Assembly: GCA_963677925.2 (NCBI GenBank)
Contig: CAXXYH010000004.1
Coordinates: forward strand, 1,600,001-1,664,000
From: Spirochaetia bacterium
GTDB lineage: Bacteria; Spirochaetota; Spirochaetia; UBA9216
Direction: 5' to 3'
Length of the DNA stretch: 64,000 nucleotides
Below, piece after piece: positions 18,700 to 28,573 of this stretch. Within the stretch, counting starts at the first letter, position 1, and every line of letters starts with the position of its first letter. The notes under the pieces were generated by a model. That model made no database searches, had not been told where the DNA came from, and saw nothing but the letters and a program-made list of their open reading frames with translations. Position numbers and translations under genes: made by a program.

Positions 18700-19776
18700 T
18701 CATAGATCCGGATTTGGAACCATAAAGTCTCTGATTACTGCCAGGAGATCAGCATAGCCTGCGAGAAAGCCACGCAGTGTCCGGGCTGTTGCTCCGAAGG
18801 TTTCAAATTCTTCATGTGTAAGACCATCCGGTTCATATGCTTTGATAAAATCAGGAAATTTCTTTTTAAGCTCATCAATAATTGCAGGATCAACAGGGTC
18901 ATCCATTCTTGGTTTAACCTCAACATCTGACTGGTTGAACTGTACCTGCCATTTGTATGGAATAGTAAGAACTACGTCACCGCCGATGAATTCACTCCAC
19001 TGAAGGTGGTTTCTGTATGCTGCAGCAAGAAGTCTTGTTCGGAATCCCTTCTCGTTGTAATACTTGTAGGCATTCTTGAAAACGGCAACACCTGCCCAGT
19101 CAAGGACACCGGGAGTAACCGCAATGTTTTCTTTTGCTGCAATTACTTTCAGCCAGTCGTCAATCCGGCCTACCATTATGGTGCAGACAGGAGTCATTTT
19201 AGATACATCCTTGCCTTCGGCTTCCCGTCTCTTAAGTCCTCTTTCAACGGCTTCTGCAACTGCCACAGCCTGCGGACATGAAAAACTTACTGTTGCATTG
19301 ATATTAACACCGGCATATGTTGCTTCTTCAATGGCTTTCACTCCGGCTGCGGTTACAGGCATTTTTACCATCATGTTTTCAGCAAGTGTGTTGAAGCCGA
19401 TGGCCTGATCAGCCATTTTTTTCCAGTCACGATAGTACTGTGCATTGGTCTGTATGCTGATGCGTCCTTTCATGCCGTCATATTTCTTGAAGACAGGCAT
19501 AAGAAGTTCTGCGCCTTTAACAGCCATTTCTTCGTTAAGTTTCCATGCGATATCGATCTCAGTAGCTTCAGGCATTTCCTTAACAAGCTCTTTGATCCTG
19601 TCTTTCCAAAGATGCATCTCCTTTTTCAGCACATTTCCAACAATAACGGGGTTTGTTGTAGCTCCTGTTGCACCGTTTTCGATTGAATATTTAAGCTCTT
19701 CGATAGAACATGAATCATTCCATACATCGGTTGCTGTTGTTTCAACAGTCTCGTGAAGCGGACTTTTGTATCCCAT
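18700..19776 (-). CDS. Transaldolase/fructose-6-phosphate aldolase family protein (atypical)
   Basis: WNDS, GATTNP, MVKMP (Schiff-base Lys), INATVSFS, MVGRIDD, LAAAYR. Confidence 0.85.
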   Translation of the reverse strand: MGYKSPLHETVETTATDVWNDSCSIEELKYSIENGATGATTNPVIVGNVLKKEMHLWKDRIKELVKEMPEATEIDIAWKLNEEMAVKGAELLMPVFKKYDGMKGRISIQTNAQYYRDWKKMADQAIGFNTLAENMMVKMPVTAAGVKAIEEATYAGVNINATVSFSCPQAVAVAEAVERGLKRREAEGKDVSKMTPVCTIMVGRIDDWLKVIAAKENIAVTPGVLDWAGVAVFKNAYKYYNEKGFRTRLLAAAYRNHLQWSEFIGGDVVLTIPYKWQVQFNQSDVEVKPRMDDPVDPAIIDELKKKFPDFIKAYEPDGLTHEEFETFGATARTLRGFLAGYADLLAVIRDFMVPNPDL

Positions 19777-19815
19777 AAATGTCTCCTTCTGGATTTGTTT
19801 GGTATCTATTTAGAT

Positions 19816-19844
19816 AGTTTAGAACTTTATTTTTGATTTGTCAA
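19816..19844 (-). promoter_or_regulatory. Sigma70-type promoter of the transaldolase-like gene
   Basis: TTGACA-17 nt-TAAACT on the minus strand. Confidence 0.65.
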
Positions 19845-19856
19845 TTGTCAGACAAT
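19844..19856. promoter_or_regulatory. Candidate GntR/FadR-type operator
   Basis: Palindrome ATTGTC-A-GACAAT abutting the -35 element. Confidence 0.5.
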
Positions 19857-19923
19857 ATGAAATTGTGATTTTATTACAATATGAGAATATTCATCGAATC
19901 TGTTCAAATAGATAAAAAATTAC

Positions 19924-19937
19924 TGCAAACGTTTGTA
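19924..19937. promoter_or_regulatory. Candidate LacI-family operator (distal)
   Basis: TGCAAACGTTTGTA, a LacI-like palindrome with central CG. Confidence 0.6.
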
Positions 19938-20079
19938 TGATAACGATAAAAAAATCACTTTATATTGAAAAACTGGACGAATGTTTTACATAATAAAAAT
20001 ATGTGCATTTTGGTTAAAAATGTCATAAATATTTATAGGTAAAAGAAATAAGCGAATTTTATTTAGATAAACTTTTCTG

Positions 20080-20108
20080 TTGACAAAGAAACAATCTAGA
20101 ATGATAAT
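20080..20108 (+). promoter_or_regulatory. Sigma70-type promoter of the inositol operon
   Basis: TTGACA-17 nt-GATAAT. Confidence 0.7.
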
Positions 20109-20117
20109 ATCAGTAAA

Positions 20118-20131
20118 TGACAACGTTTGCA
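20118..20131. promoter_or_regulatory. Candidate LacI-family operator (proximal)
   Basis: TGACAACGTTTGCA just downstream of the -10; similar to the site at 19924. Confidence 0.65.
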
Positions 20132-20168
20132 AAGAAAGCTAAAACAATTCATTAAGGAGGATTATTTA

Positions 20169-21110
20169 ATGAAGAAAGGTTTGTTAGTACTTGTTGTATT
20201 ACTGGCGATTGCAGGAACAGTTTTTGCCGGTGGTCAGCAGGATGCAAAGAGCGGTTTTGAAGTAGGTTATGTTTGTAACAATTTTAACGACACATTCCAG
20301 ACCTATGTTATGGATGCTGCGGAAGCTTATTTCAATGAAAACGCAGACATCACAATTACTCTTCAGGATGCACAGGAAGATGTTATCAAGCAGCAGGACC
20401 TTGTTAACATTTTTATCGCGCAGGGTGTAGATGCTCTCATAGTAGTACCGGTAGATACCAGTGCAATGGGACCAATCGTAACTGCAGCAAATGAAGCTGG
20501 AATACCTCTCTGCTTCGTAAACAGAAACCCCTACGGCCAGGATGACCCACCCGCAAATGTTTACTATGTAGGCTCACAGGAAATCATTGCAGGTCAGCAG
20601 CAGATGAATGCAATGGGTGAACTTCTCGGCGGAAAGGGCGGAGTTGCTATCCTTATGGGTAAACTTGACAACGAAGGCGCTCTTAAGAGAACCGAAGGTA
20701 ACGAACAGGTTATCAGTGAAAAATATCCCAACATTAAAATTCTTGCAAAAGAAACCGGAAACTGGCAGAGAGACCAGGGAATGGTACTTACAGAGAACTG
20801 GCTGACTGCATACGGCTCAGGTCTTAACGGTATCCTTGCCAACAATGATGAAATGGCTCTCGGTGCTGTGGAAGCTCTTAAGGCTGCAGGAAGACAGGAT
20901 GTTTTTGTAATGGGTGTTGATGCTATACCTGATGCAAAGGTCGCAGTAGGAAGCGGTGATCTTGCAGCAACAGTTCTTCAGGATGCTGTTGGTCAGGGTA
21001 GAGGAAGTGCCATGGTTATCCATGAAGCACTTAAAGGTTCTACACCGGACAAGATCACATGGATACCGTTCGTTCTTATTACAAAAGAAAATCTTGCTGA
21101 TTTTCAGTAG
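20169..21110 (+). CDS. Sugar (inositol) ABC substrate-binding protein
   Basis: AAGGAGG SD, signal peptide ending VFAGGQQ, RbsB-like ANNDEMALGA, GVDA, TVLQD. Confidence 0.88.
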   Translation: MKKGLLVLVVLLAIAGTVFAGGQQDAKSGFEVGYVCNNFNDTFQTYVMDAAEAYFNENADITITLQDAQEDVIKQQDLVNIFIAQGVDALIVVPVDTSAMGPIVTAANEAGIPLCFVNRNPYGQDDPPANVYYVGSQEIIAGQQQMNAMGELLGGKGGVAILMGKLDNEGALKRTEGNEQVISEKYPNIKILAKETGNWQRDQGMVLTENWLTAYGSGLNGILANNDEMALGAVEALKAAGRQDVFVMGVDAIPDAKVAVGSGDLAATVLQDAVGQGRGSAMVIHEALKGSTPDKITWIPFVLITKENLADFQ

Positions 21111-21125
21111 AAAGAACTGTTAGAC

Positions 21126-21159
21126 AAAAAGGGAAAAGAGCAGTCTTTTCCCTTTTTTT
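21126..21159 (+). terminator. Intra-operon stem-loop/terminator after the SBP gene
   Basis: AAAAAGGGAAAAGA-GCAG-TCTTTTCCCTTTTT. Confidence 0.7.
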
Positions 21160-21179
21160 AAACTGAAATGGAGTTTTAG

Positions 21180-22700
21180 ATGGACGAAGATAAGATTCTT
21201 CTGAAAATGTCGAATATTGTAAAAACTTTTCCGGGTGTACAGGCCCTGAAAGGTGTAGAGCTGATCGTTAGAAAAGGTGAGATTCATGCCCTCATGGGAG
21301 AAAACGGGGCTGGAAAATCAACCCTCGTAAAATGTTTAGCCGGTATTCACAGTCAGACTTCCGGAGAGATCCTTTTTGACGGAAAAATCCGGGAAAATTA
21401 TAACACGGCTCAGGCACTACGCATGGGTATCTCCATGATTCACCAGGAATTAAGCCCTGTACTTCACAGGACTATCATGGAGAACATATGGCTTGGCAGA
21501 GAGCCTCTTAATAAGTTCGGGCTGGTTGATCACAATAAAATGTATGAGATGACCAAAGATGTCCTTAAGCAGATTGATCTTAAAGAAGACCCCCGGACAC
21601 TGATGGTTAATCTGACTGTAGCGAAAATGCAGATGATTGAAATAGCCAAGGCTGTTTCCTATGATTCTAAACTTATCATTATGGATGAGCCCACATCGGC
21701 GCTTACAGATAAGGAAGTAAATCATCTTTTTGAGATCATGAGAAAGTTAAAGGCTCAGGGTAAGAGCATCATATATATTTCACACAAGCTTGATGAAATT
21801 TACGAGATAACGGATCAGGTAACAGTATACAGGGACGGTGATTATATCGGTTCCGAAAAAACCACTGAGCTGTCTGTAGATCGGATGATAAATATGATGG
21901 TCGGACGTAATGTCGATGAAATGTTTCCGAAAATTCCCTGCGAGATCGGTGATGTGAAGATGGAAGTAAAAAACCTTACACATCCGACATCTTTCAGTGA
22001 TGTTTCATTCACCGTTAGAAAGGGAGAGATCCTTGGTTTTGCCGGGCTGGTAGGCGCCGGACGGACAGAGGTAATTGAAACCATTTTCGGAATCAGAACA
22101 AGACAGTCAGGTGAAATCCTGATTGACGGTAAACCGGTCAAGATTGATTCTCCAAGGGATGCCATAAAGCTAAAATTAGCGCTTCTGACTGAAGACAGGC
22201 GTCTTTCGGGTATCTTTCCAATGCTTACAGTAAGACTGAATATGGCAATAGCCACCATTCCCAAATTTCTTAACCGGGCCGGTCTGCTGAAAACTAAAAA
22301 GCTCAAGGACACCTGTGACGAGTATGTAACAAAAATACAGGTTAAAACACCAAGTCTGATGCAGCGGATTGAAAACCTCAGCGGAGGAAACCAGCAGAAA
22401 GTACTGGTAGCTCGCTGGCTCATGACTAATCCGGAAATTCTCTTTCTGGACGAGCCTACAAGGGGAATTGATGTAGGTACCAAGGCTGAAATACACAAGC
22501 TGATAACCAAACTTGCAGGTGAGGGTAAATCAATAATAATGGTTTCCTCAGAGCTGCCGGAAGTCATGGGGATGAGCGACAGAATAGTAGTAATGCATGA
22601 GGGCCGGGTAACAGGAATTGTTGATAACGATGAATCACTTACACAGGAAGTATTGATGTCATACGCGACCAATACTCATTCCGGCAACAAGACGGCATAA
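21180..22700 (+). CDS. Sugar ABC ATPase (RbsA/MglA type)
   Basis: GENGAGKST, LSGGNQQK, DEPTRGIDVG. Confidence 0.93.
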   Translation: MDEDKILLKMSNIVKTFPGVQALKGVELIVRKGEIHALMGENGAGKSTLVKCLAGIHSQTSGEILFDGKIRENYNTAQALRMGISMIHQELSPVLHRTIMENIWLGREPLNKFGLVDHNKMYEMTKDVLKQIDLKEDPRTLMVNLTVAKMQMIEIAKAVSYDSKLIIMDEPTSALTDKEVNHLFEIMRKLKAQGKSIIYISHKLDEIYEITDQVTVYRDGDYIGSEKTTELSVDRMINMMVGRNVDEMFPKIPCEIGDVKMEVKNLTHPTSFSDVSFTVRKGEILGFAGLVGAGRTEVIETIFGIRTRQSGEILIDGKPVKIDSPRDAIKLKLALLTEDRRLSGIFPMLTVRLNMAIATIPKFLNRAGLLKTKKLKDTCDEYVTKIQVKTPSLMQRIENLSGGNQQKVLVARWLMTNPEILFLDEPTRGIDVGTKAEIHKLITKLAGEGKSIIMVSSELPEVMGMSDRIVVMHEGRVTGIVDNDESLTQEVLMSYATNTHSGNKTA

Positions 22701-22711
22701 GGAGGAAAAAA

Positions 22712-23713
22712 ATGAGCGATGTTAAATCGAGTTTTAATAATGCTGCTTTAAAGCAGACGCTTCAAAAATACGGAATTGTATTCGTACTTATTTTAATGAT
22801 TATCGGGTTGAGTATAGCCTCTCCGGCATTCCTGAGTCCGCATAATATTTTTAATGTTCTTACCCAGAGCGCAATCTTTGGAATTATGGCCCTGGGACTT
22901 ACATTTGTAATTATTGCAAAGGGAATTGACCTTTCAGTAGGTTCAGTTCTTGCTTTTTCAGGTGTTGTAGCCGCAAGTCTGGCTCAGGCTGCTACTGCAA
23001 CTACCAAATACTTTCCCAACCTTCCGGAACTTCCGGTTTTTGTTCCTATTCTGGCCGCACTTGCAATAGGCGCTCTCTGCGGCGGTATAAGCGGTGCGCT
23101 CATAGCGAAGACCAGGATCCCGGCATTTATTGCCACGCTCGGTATGATGACTGTTGCCAGAGGTTTTGCTCTTATCTACTCAGACGGTAAACCTGTAAGT
23201 ACACTCATTCCCGGAATGACTGCCCTTGGCGGAAAGCTGTTCGGCTTCCTCCCGATTCCGGTAATTATCTATGTGATAATGATAATCATCAGTTCAATCC
23301 TGCTGAACTACACGAGATTCGGAAAGAATACATATGCCATAGGCGGTAATATTACAGCAGCCGAGATTTCCGGTGTTAATGTCAGCAAGAACCTCATCGG
23401 AATATATGCATACAGCGGTCTTCTGGCAGGTCTTGCAGCTGTAGTTTTTGCCGGACGTGTAGGGTCTGTTCATCCCGGTGCTGCAACCGGTTATGAGCTT
23501 ACAGCAATCGCCGCAACAACAATCGGCGGAACCAGCCATTCAGGCGGTATCGGAACAATATGGGGAGCCTTTGTAGGTGCTCTGGTTCTGGCTGTTATGA
23601 GAAACGGTCTTACTCTTCTTGGTGTTGATGCCTACTGGCAGCAGGTTACTGAGGGTGCAATAATTGTAGTTGCAGTTATTATCGATATGCGTAAAAACGC
23701 TAAAAAGAAATAA
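22712..23713 (+). CDS. Sugar ABC permease
   Basis: [30 protein letters not shown]. Confidence 0.92.
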   Translation: MSDVKSSFNNAALKQTLQKYGIVFVLILMIIGLSIASPAFLSPHNIFNVLTQSAIFGIMALGLTFVIIAKGIDLSVGSVLAFSGVVAASLAQAATATTKYFPNLPELPVFVPILAALAIGALCGGISGALIAKTRIPAFIATLGMMTVARGFALIYSDGKPVSTLIPGMTALGGKLFGFLPIPVIIYVIMIIISSILLNYTRFGKNTYAIGGNITAAEISGVNVSKNLIGIYAYSGLLAGLAAVVFAGRVGSVHPGAATGYELTAIAATTIGGTSHSGGIGTIWGAFVGALVLAVMRNGLTLLGVDAYWQQVTEGAIIVVAVIIDMRKNAKKK

Positions 23714-23724
23714 TCAGGATCGCA

Positions 23725-24738
23725 ATGAATACAGTAAGAATTGGGTCTGTAGGCCTGGGAAGGCTCGGTCTTGCCCATGCTGAGAATATTACAAACAGGA
23801 TTCAGGGAGCGCAGCTTACAGCGCTCTGTGATCTTGATGAAAAGAAACTCAATGAAACAGCTGACAGACTGGGTGTTAAAAACAGGTTCACAGCATTTGA
23901 TGACATGATTAAATCGGATGAAATTGATGCTGTTGTTCTTGTTTCTCCCTCAGCAATGCATACCGGGCAGATTGAAGCCGCGCTTGCTGCAGGAAAACAT
24001 GTGTTCTCTGAGAAACCGCTCGGAGTTACTGTTGATGAATGCCTGAAAGCCGAGAAGGCTGTAGAAAAATATTCCGACAAGGTTTTCATGCTGGGCTTTA
24101 TGCGGCGTTTTGATGAATCATACAAATATGCACATGACAAGGTTGCTGCTGGAGAAATCGGTACTCCGGTTCTGTTCAGATCCTACAGTCAGGACCCTGA
24201 GAAGTTTATCGATGGAGCAATAGCATTCGCCCCGCACAGCGGAGGTCAGTTTCTTGATATGGCTGTACATGATATAGACCTTGCCAGGTGGTTCCTCGAT
24301 GATGAGCCTGAAACTGTCTATGCAATAGGAGGCTGTTACGCTCATCCGGAATTTGCACAGTATCAGGATGGTGATAATGTTTCGGCTTTGATGAAGTTCA
24401 AAAAAGGCGCTATGGCCTTCCTGTTCGCAGGAAGAACTGCACCCCACGGTTATAATGTAGAAACCGAAATAATCGGTACGAAGGGTACTCTCCGAATCGC
24501 ATCGGTCCCCCAGAAAAACCTTGTTGAAATACTGGACCCATATGGTGTAAGAAGAGAATGCAGTGAAAACTTTCTGGAGAGGTTTGAATCGAGTTACGTC
24601 AATGAAATCCAGGAATTTGTAGACTGCATAATAAAAAATAAAAAACCCGGAGTTACCGTTTATGACGGAACGAGAGTTTCAGAGATAGCATACAAATGCA
24701 AAGAGGCTTTTGAGAAGGGCGAAATGTTGAGGTTTTAA
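23725..24738 (+). CDS. Gfo/Idh/MocA inositol dehydrogenase (IolG/IolX-like)
   Basis: GLGRLG, HVFSEKP, GFMRRFD, FLDMAVHDID. Confidence 0.85.
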   Translation: MNTVRIGSVGLGRLGLAHAENITNRIQGAQLTALCDLDEKKLNETADRLGVKNRFTAFDDMIKSDEIDAVVLVSPSAMHTGQIEAALAAGKHVFSEKPLGVTVDECLKAEKAVEKYSDKVFMLGFMRRFDESYKYAHDKVAAGEIGTPVLFRSYSQDPEKFIDGAIAFAPHSGGQFLDMAVHDIDLARWFLDDEPETVYAIGGCYAHPEFAQYQDGDNVSALMKFKKGAMAFLFAGRTAPHGYNVETEIIGTKGTLRIASVPQKNLVEILDPYGVRRECSENFLERFESSYVNEIQEFVDCIIKNKKPGVTVYDGTRVSEIAYKCKEAFEKGEMLRF

Positions 24739-25764
24739 GTGAAGCGATCCCAGGTTACGATCAAAGATATAGCTGAAATTGCAGGAGTAAGTTTTTCCAC
24801 TGTTTCCCGATGTCTGAACGACAGTTCCGTTGTTTCGCCGGAGACCAAGAAGAAGGTCTGCGATATTGCGGATAAAATGGGCTTTGAGTTCAATTCTTCA
24901 GCGCGGGGGCTGATTACTTCGACTGTTGGAACTGTCGGAATTATTCTTCCGGAACAGTTTACCGAGATTTCAGTTAACGTATACCACGGGATGCTTATGA
25001 ACAGCCTGCGGACAAGCCTTGAAAAGGCTGATGTGGATTTGATAGTTACTTATCAGAAGAACCATTTTACAGGCAAAAACAATATTATGAGGCTGGTAAC
25101 GCGGCGGAAAATAGACGGACTGATAATGCTGGTTGAGAATATTGAACAGGAAACCCTGGACTTTCTTGAAGCAAGATCTGTTCCCTTTGTCTGCACTCAT
25201 TATCCGCCTGCTGATAACATCAAAAATCAGGATGTTATCTATACGGATCACTATGCAGGCGGCAAACTGGTGGCTGAACATCTTATAGGAAAGGGCCGGA
25301 GCCGGTTTATGATTCTTGCTGTTGAGGATGTTCACCTGGAGTTTCAGCTTCGTGAAAAAGGCTTCACAAAGGTAGTTAAGGAAGCCGGGTTTGAAGTCGC
25401 AAGGTTTGAAACAAAGTCGGTATTCAATGCTGCTTATGAGACAACTAGGTCGATGATTGATGAGGTCAGAAAGTACGATGCAGTTTTCGCTCTTAATGAT
25501 CTCATGGCACTTGGAACCATAAAAGCGCTGCTTGAAGCGGGTATCCGGGTTCCTGAAGATGTTGCGGTAGTCGGATACGACGACAGTGAGTTCAGCCGCT
25601 ACAGTGTTCCTATGCTGACTTCAGTGCATCAGCCCAAGGAAGAACTTGCCATGTTTGCGTGTCAGCGGCTTTTTCATCAGATGGAAAAGAAAAAAGAGAA
25701 GCAGGAGTTTCTGAAGAAATTGATGAGTATTCAGCCTGTTCTTATAGAAAGAGATTCCACCTGA
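24739..25764 (+). CDS. LacI-family transcriptional regulator
   Basis: VTIKDIAEIAGVSFSTVSRCLN, NDLMALG, VVGYDD; GTG start. Confidence 0.92.
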   Translation: MKRSQVTIKDIAEIAGVSFSTVSRCLNDSSVVSPETKKKVCDIADKMGFEFNSSARGLITSTVGTVGIILPEQFTEISVNVYHGMLMNSLRTSLEKADVDLIVTYQKNHFTGKNNIMRLVTRRKIDGLIMLVENIEQETLDFLEARSVPFVCTHYPPADNIKNQDVIYTDHYAGGKLVAEHLIGKGRSRFMILAVEDVHLEFQLREKGFTKVVKEAGFEVARFETKSVFNAAYETTRSMIDEVRKYDAVFALNDLMALGTIKALLEAGIRVPEDVAVVGYDDSEFSRYSVPMLTSVHQPKEELAMFACQRLFHQMEKKKEKQEFLKKLMSIQPVLIERDST

Positions 25765-25798
25765 AACTTTTAAATTCTTTATTTAGAGAAGGTAAGTT

Positions 25799-26689
25799 AT
25801 GGATAAAAACAAAATTAAGCTGGGTATGGCCCCTATAGGCTGGACTAATGATGATCTTCCCGATCTGGGAAGTGAAAACTCTTTTCAGCAGTGTGTAAGT
25901 GAAATGGCTCTCGCCGGATTTACCGGTTCTGAGGTCGGTAATAAGTATCCCTCCGATGCTGCTGAGCTGAAACCCTATCTTGATATCAGGGGAATAAAGA
26001 TCTGCAATCAGTGGTTCAGTTCATTTCTCTGTTCACAGCCCTATGCCGAAGTTGAGAAGGCTTTCCGGGCGCAGCTTTCATTTCTGAAGGCTCTTGGAGC
26101 TGATGTTATCGGTCCTTCAGAGCAGACCAGATCGAGTCAGGGCCAGGCTGTTCCTGTATTTTCAGGAAAGGCTGTATTTGACACTGAAGAGTTCAAAAAG
26201 CTCACTGAGGGAATGAACAAGCTCGGAAAAATAGCAAAAGATGAAGGACTCAGGCTAGCCTTTCATCATCACATGGGTACAGGTGTACAGACTATAGAAG
26301 AAACTGAACGTTTTCTTAACGATACCGACCCGAATCTTGTCTATCTGCTTTTTGATTCAGGACATTTTGCCTATGCAGGTCAGGATCCGGTTGCCGCCCT
26401 GAAGAAGTTTATAAGCAGGGTCGGGCATGTACATCTTAAAGACATCAGAACTGATGTATATAAAGAAGTAACTGCCGCAGATTCATCCTTTCTTGATGCA
26501 GTACGGAAGGGTGTTTTTACAGTTCCGGGTGATGGAAGCATAGATTTTGATTCAATTTTCAGTCTGCTTGATGAAGCCGGATACGAGGGCTGGATGGTTG
26601 TTGAGGCTGAACAGGATCCTGCAAAAGCCAATCCATTTGAATATGCTTTGAAAGCAAGAAAATATATTCAGGAACACGCAGGGCTTTAA
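25799..26689 (+). CDS. iolE: Myo-inosose-2 dehydratase
   Basis: APIGWTNDD, HHHMGT, HVHLKD, VVEAEQDP. Confidence 0.95.
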   Translation: MDKNKIKLGMAPIGWTNDDLPDLGSENSFQQCVSEMALAGFTGSEVGNKYPSDAAELKPYLDIRGIKICNQWFSSFLCSQPYAEVEKAFRAQLSFLKALGADVIGPSEQTRSSQGQAVPVFSGKAVFDTEEFKKLTEGMNKLGKIAKDEGLRLAFHHHMGTGVQTIEETERFLNDTDPNLVYLLFDSGHFAYAGQDPVAALKKFISRVGHVHLKDIRTDVYKEVTAADSSFLDAVRKGVFTVPGDGSIDFDSIFSLLDEAGYEGWMVVEAEQDPAKANPFEYALKARKYIQEHAGL

Positions 26690-26709
26690 GCTCGTGTAAG
26701 GGAAGAGAA

Positions 26710-27723
26710 ATGAATAATAAAATTAAACTTGGAATTATCGGCGCAGGCCGTATAGCAAAGGTTCATGCCGAGAGTATTACATCGGCCATTGCAGCAGCTG
26801 AGATTAAAACTGTTGCCGATCCGTATATAAACGAAGAAACTGAAAAATGGTTCAGGGAAAAAGGCATACCCAATGTTACAAAGAATGCTGCAGATATCTT
26901 TAATGACAGTGAAATCGATGCTGTACTGATCTGTTCTTCAACAGATACACATGCGGAATTTACCAGAAAGGCGGCAGAATGCGGTAAGCATATCTTCTGT
27001 GAAAAGCCTCTTGATCTTGATATCGAACGAATCAAGGAAACCCTGAAAATTGTTGAAGCCGCAGGCGTTAAGTTCCAGATTGGTTTTAACAGACGCTTCG
27101 ATCACAACTTCAAGGCTGTAAGGGATGCAGTTGAAGCAGGTTCCGTGGGTGAACCTCATATTGTGAGAATAACCTCAAGAGACCCGGCGCCGCCTGACCC
27201 CAGATACATTGCTGTTTCCGGCGGTATATTCATGGATATGACTATTCATGATTTTGATATGGTCAGGTACTTAAGCGGCAGCGAAGTTGATGAGATTTAT
27301 GTTCAGGGTGCAGTTCTGGTAGATCCTGAAATTGGAAAGGCAGGCGATATTGATACCGCAGTGATTTCGATGAAACTTCAGAACGGAGCAATTGCAGTAA
27401 TCGACAACTCAAGAAAGGCTGCCTATGGATATGATCAGAGAGCAGAGGTTTTCGGAAGCAAGGGTGCTGTTGAAACCTCAAATGATGCTCCAAGCACTAT
27501 GGTTATGAGCAACGAAGCAGGTGTAACTGCTGAAAAACCACTGTACTTCTTTCTTGAAAGATACATGGAGTCATTCTCACGTGAAGTAAGAATGTTTATT
27601 GATTCAGTAAAGAACGGAACCGAAACACCGGTTGGGGCTCTTGATGCCCTGCGTCCTGTTCAGATAGCAAAGGCTGCACGTGAATCCCTTGATACCGGCA
27701 AGCCTGTAAAAGTTAACTACTAG
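26710..27723 (+). CDS. iolG: Inositol 2-dehydrogenase
   Basis: GAGRIA, FCEKP, GFNRRFD, TSRDP, DMTIHDFD, YGYDQRAE. Confidence 0.93.
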   Translation: MNNKIKLGIIGAGRIAKVHAESITSAIAAAEIKTVADPYINEETEKWFREKGIPNVTKNAADIFNDSEIDAVLICSSTDTHAEFTRKAAECGKHIFCEKPLDLDIERIKETLKIVEAAGVKFQIGFNRRFDHNFKAVRDAVEAGSVGEPHIVRITSRDPAPPDPRYIAVSGGIFMDMTIHDFDMVRYLSGSEVDEIYVQGAVLVDPEIGKAGDIDTAVISMKLQNGAIAVIDNSRKAAYGYDQRAEVFGSKGAVETSNDAPSTMVMSNEAGVTAEKPLYFFLERYMESFSREVRMFIDSVKNGTETPVGALDALRPVQIAKAARESLDTGKPVKVNY

Positions 27724-27744
27724 TTTTCCAATAAGGGAGTTTAT

Positions 27745-28557
27745 ATGATTGCAAGAAAAGAAAAACCTTTTACGAAAGGCTATAATTCAATAACCGAGCA
27801 GCATGGGAAACATCCTGAAATGCTGCTTGATTTCGGAATACTGATGCTTGAGAGCGGTGAGGTTCATGAAGATTCTCAGAATAAGGAAAGAGCCTGGCTG
27901 CTTATTAAGGGTGAACTTTCCTTTGAATGGGAAGGTAAAACCGCCTCCGGTAAACGGATTTCATGCTTTGATGAAAATCCGGTAGTTCTTCATGTTCCGG
28001 CAGGTGTTGCTGTTAAAATTACCGCTGCGGCAGACTGTGAGATTGCAGTTGAAGCCTGCGATAATTCAAACAGTTTTAATGCCAGGTTTTACGCTCAGGA
28101 AGATATCAGGTGCGATATTTTCGGTGCCGGTACTCTTAACGAGGCTTCAACCAGGACTGTACGGACTGTATTTGACGGTGAAATTGAGCCGGCTTCAAAT
28201 ATGGTAATGGGCGAGGTTATAAATCATCCGGGAAAGTGGTCGAGCTTTCCTCCCCATGATCATCCGCATCCTGAAATTTATCATTACCGCTTTTTCCCGA
28301 AGCAGGGCTTCGGTGTTTCACTTCTTGAAGAGGATGCCTATGTGGTCAAGGACGGAGATTCAAGTCTGATTTTTCCTGACAAGACACATTCCCAGGTTGC
28401 TTCAGCCGGTTACGCAATGTACTACATCTGGATGATTGCCCACCTTCCCGGCGATAAATGGCTTCCCACAACAAGGTTCTTCAGAAAGGACCATGAATGG
28501 CTTAAGGAAAAGGATGCCAAAATCTGGCCTGAACTTAAGTATTCGGAAGCTGAATAG
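27745..28557 (+). CDS. iolB: 5-deoxy-glucuronate isomerase
   Basis: GEV...[21 protein letters not shown] cupin motif; iol context. Confidence 0.88.
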   Translation: MIARKEKPFTKGYNSITEQHGKHPEMLLDFGILMLESGEVHEDSQNKERAWLLIKGELSFEWEGKTASGKRISCFDENPVVLHVPAGVAVKITAAADCEIAVEACDNSNSFNARFYAQEDIRCDIFGAGTLNEASTRTVRTVFDGEIEPASNMVMGEVINHPGKWSSFPPHDHPHPEIYHYRFFPKQGFGVSLLEEDAYVVKDGDSSLIFPDKTHSQVASAGYAMYYIWMIAHLPGDKWLPTTRFFRKDHEWLKEKDAKIWPELKYSEAE

Positions 28558-28573
28558 GAGAACGGGAGAGAAA

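Noticed and set aside
21842-22672. Long antisense ORFs (this one, and e.g. 2479..3207, 34476..35120, 55177..55761)
   Set aside because: They are shadow frames opposite well-supported genes and carry no recognisable motifs.
28436-28573. N-terminal extension of iolD; similar extensions at 677, 13205, 20127, 37382, 45229, 48732, 52307, 57169 and 58810
   Set aside because: These are longest-ORF artefacts. Downstream starts match family N-termini, and most have a better SD.
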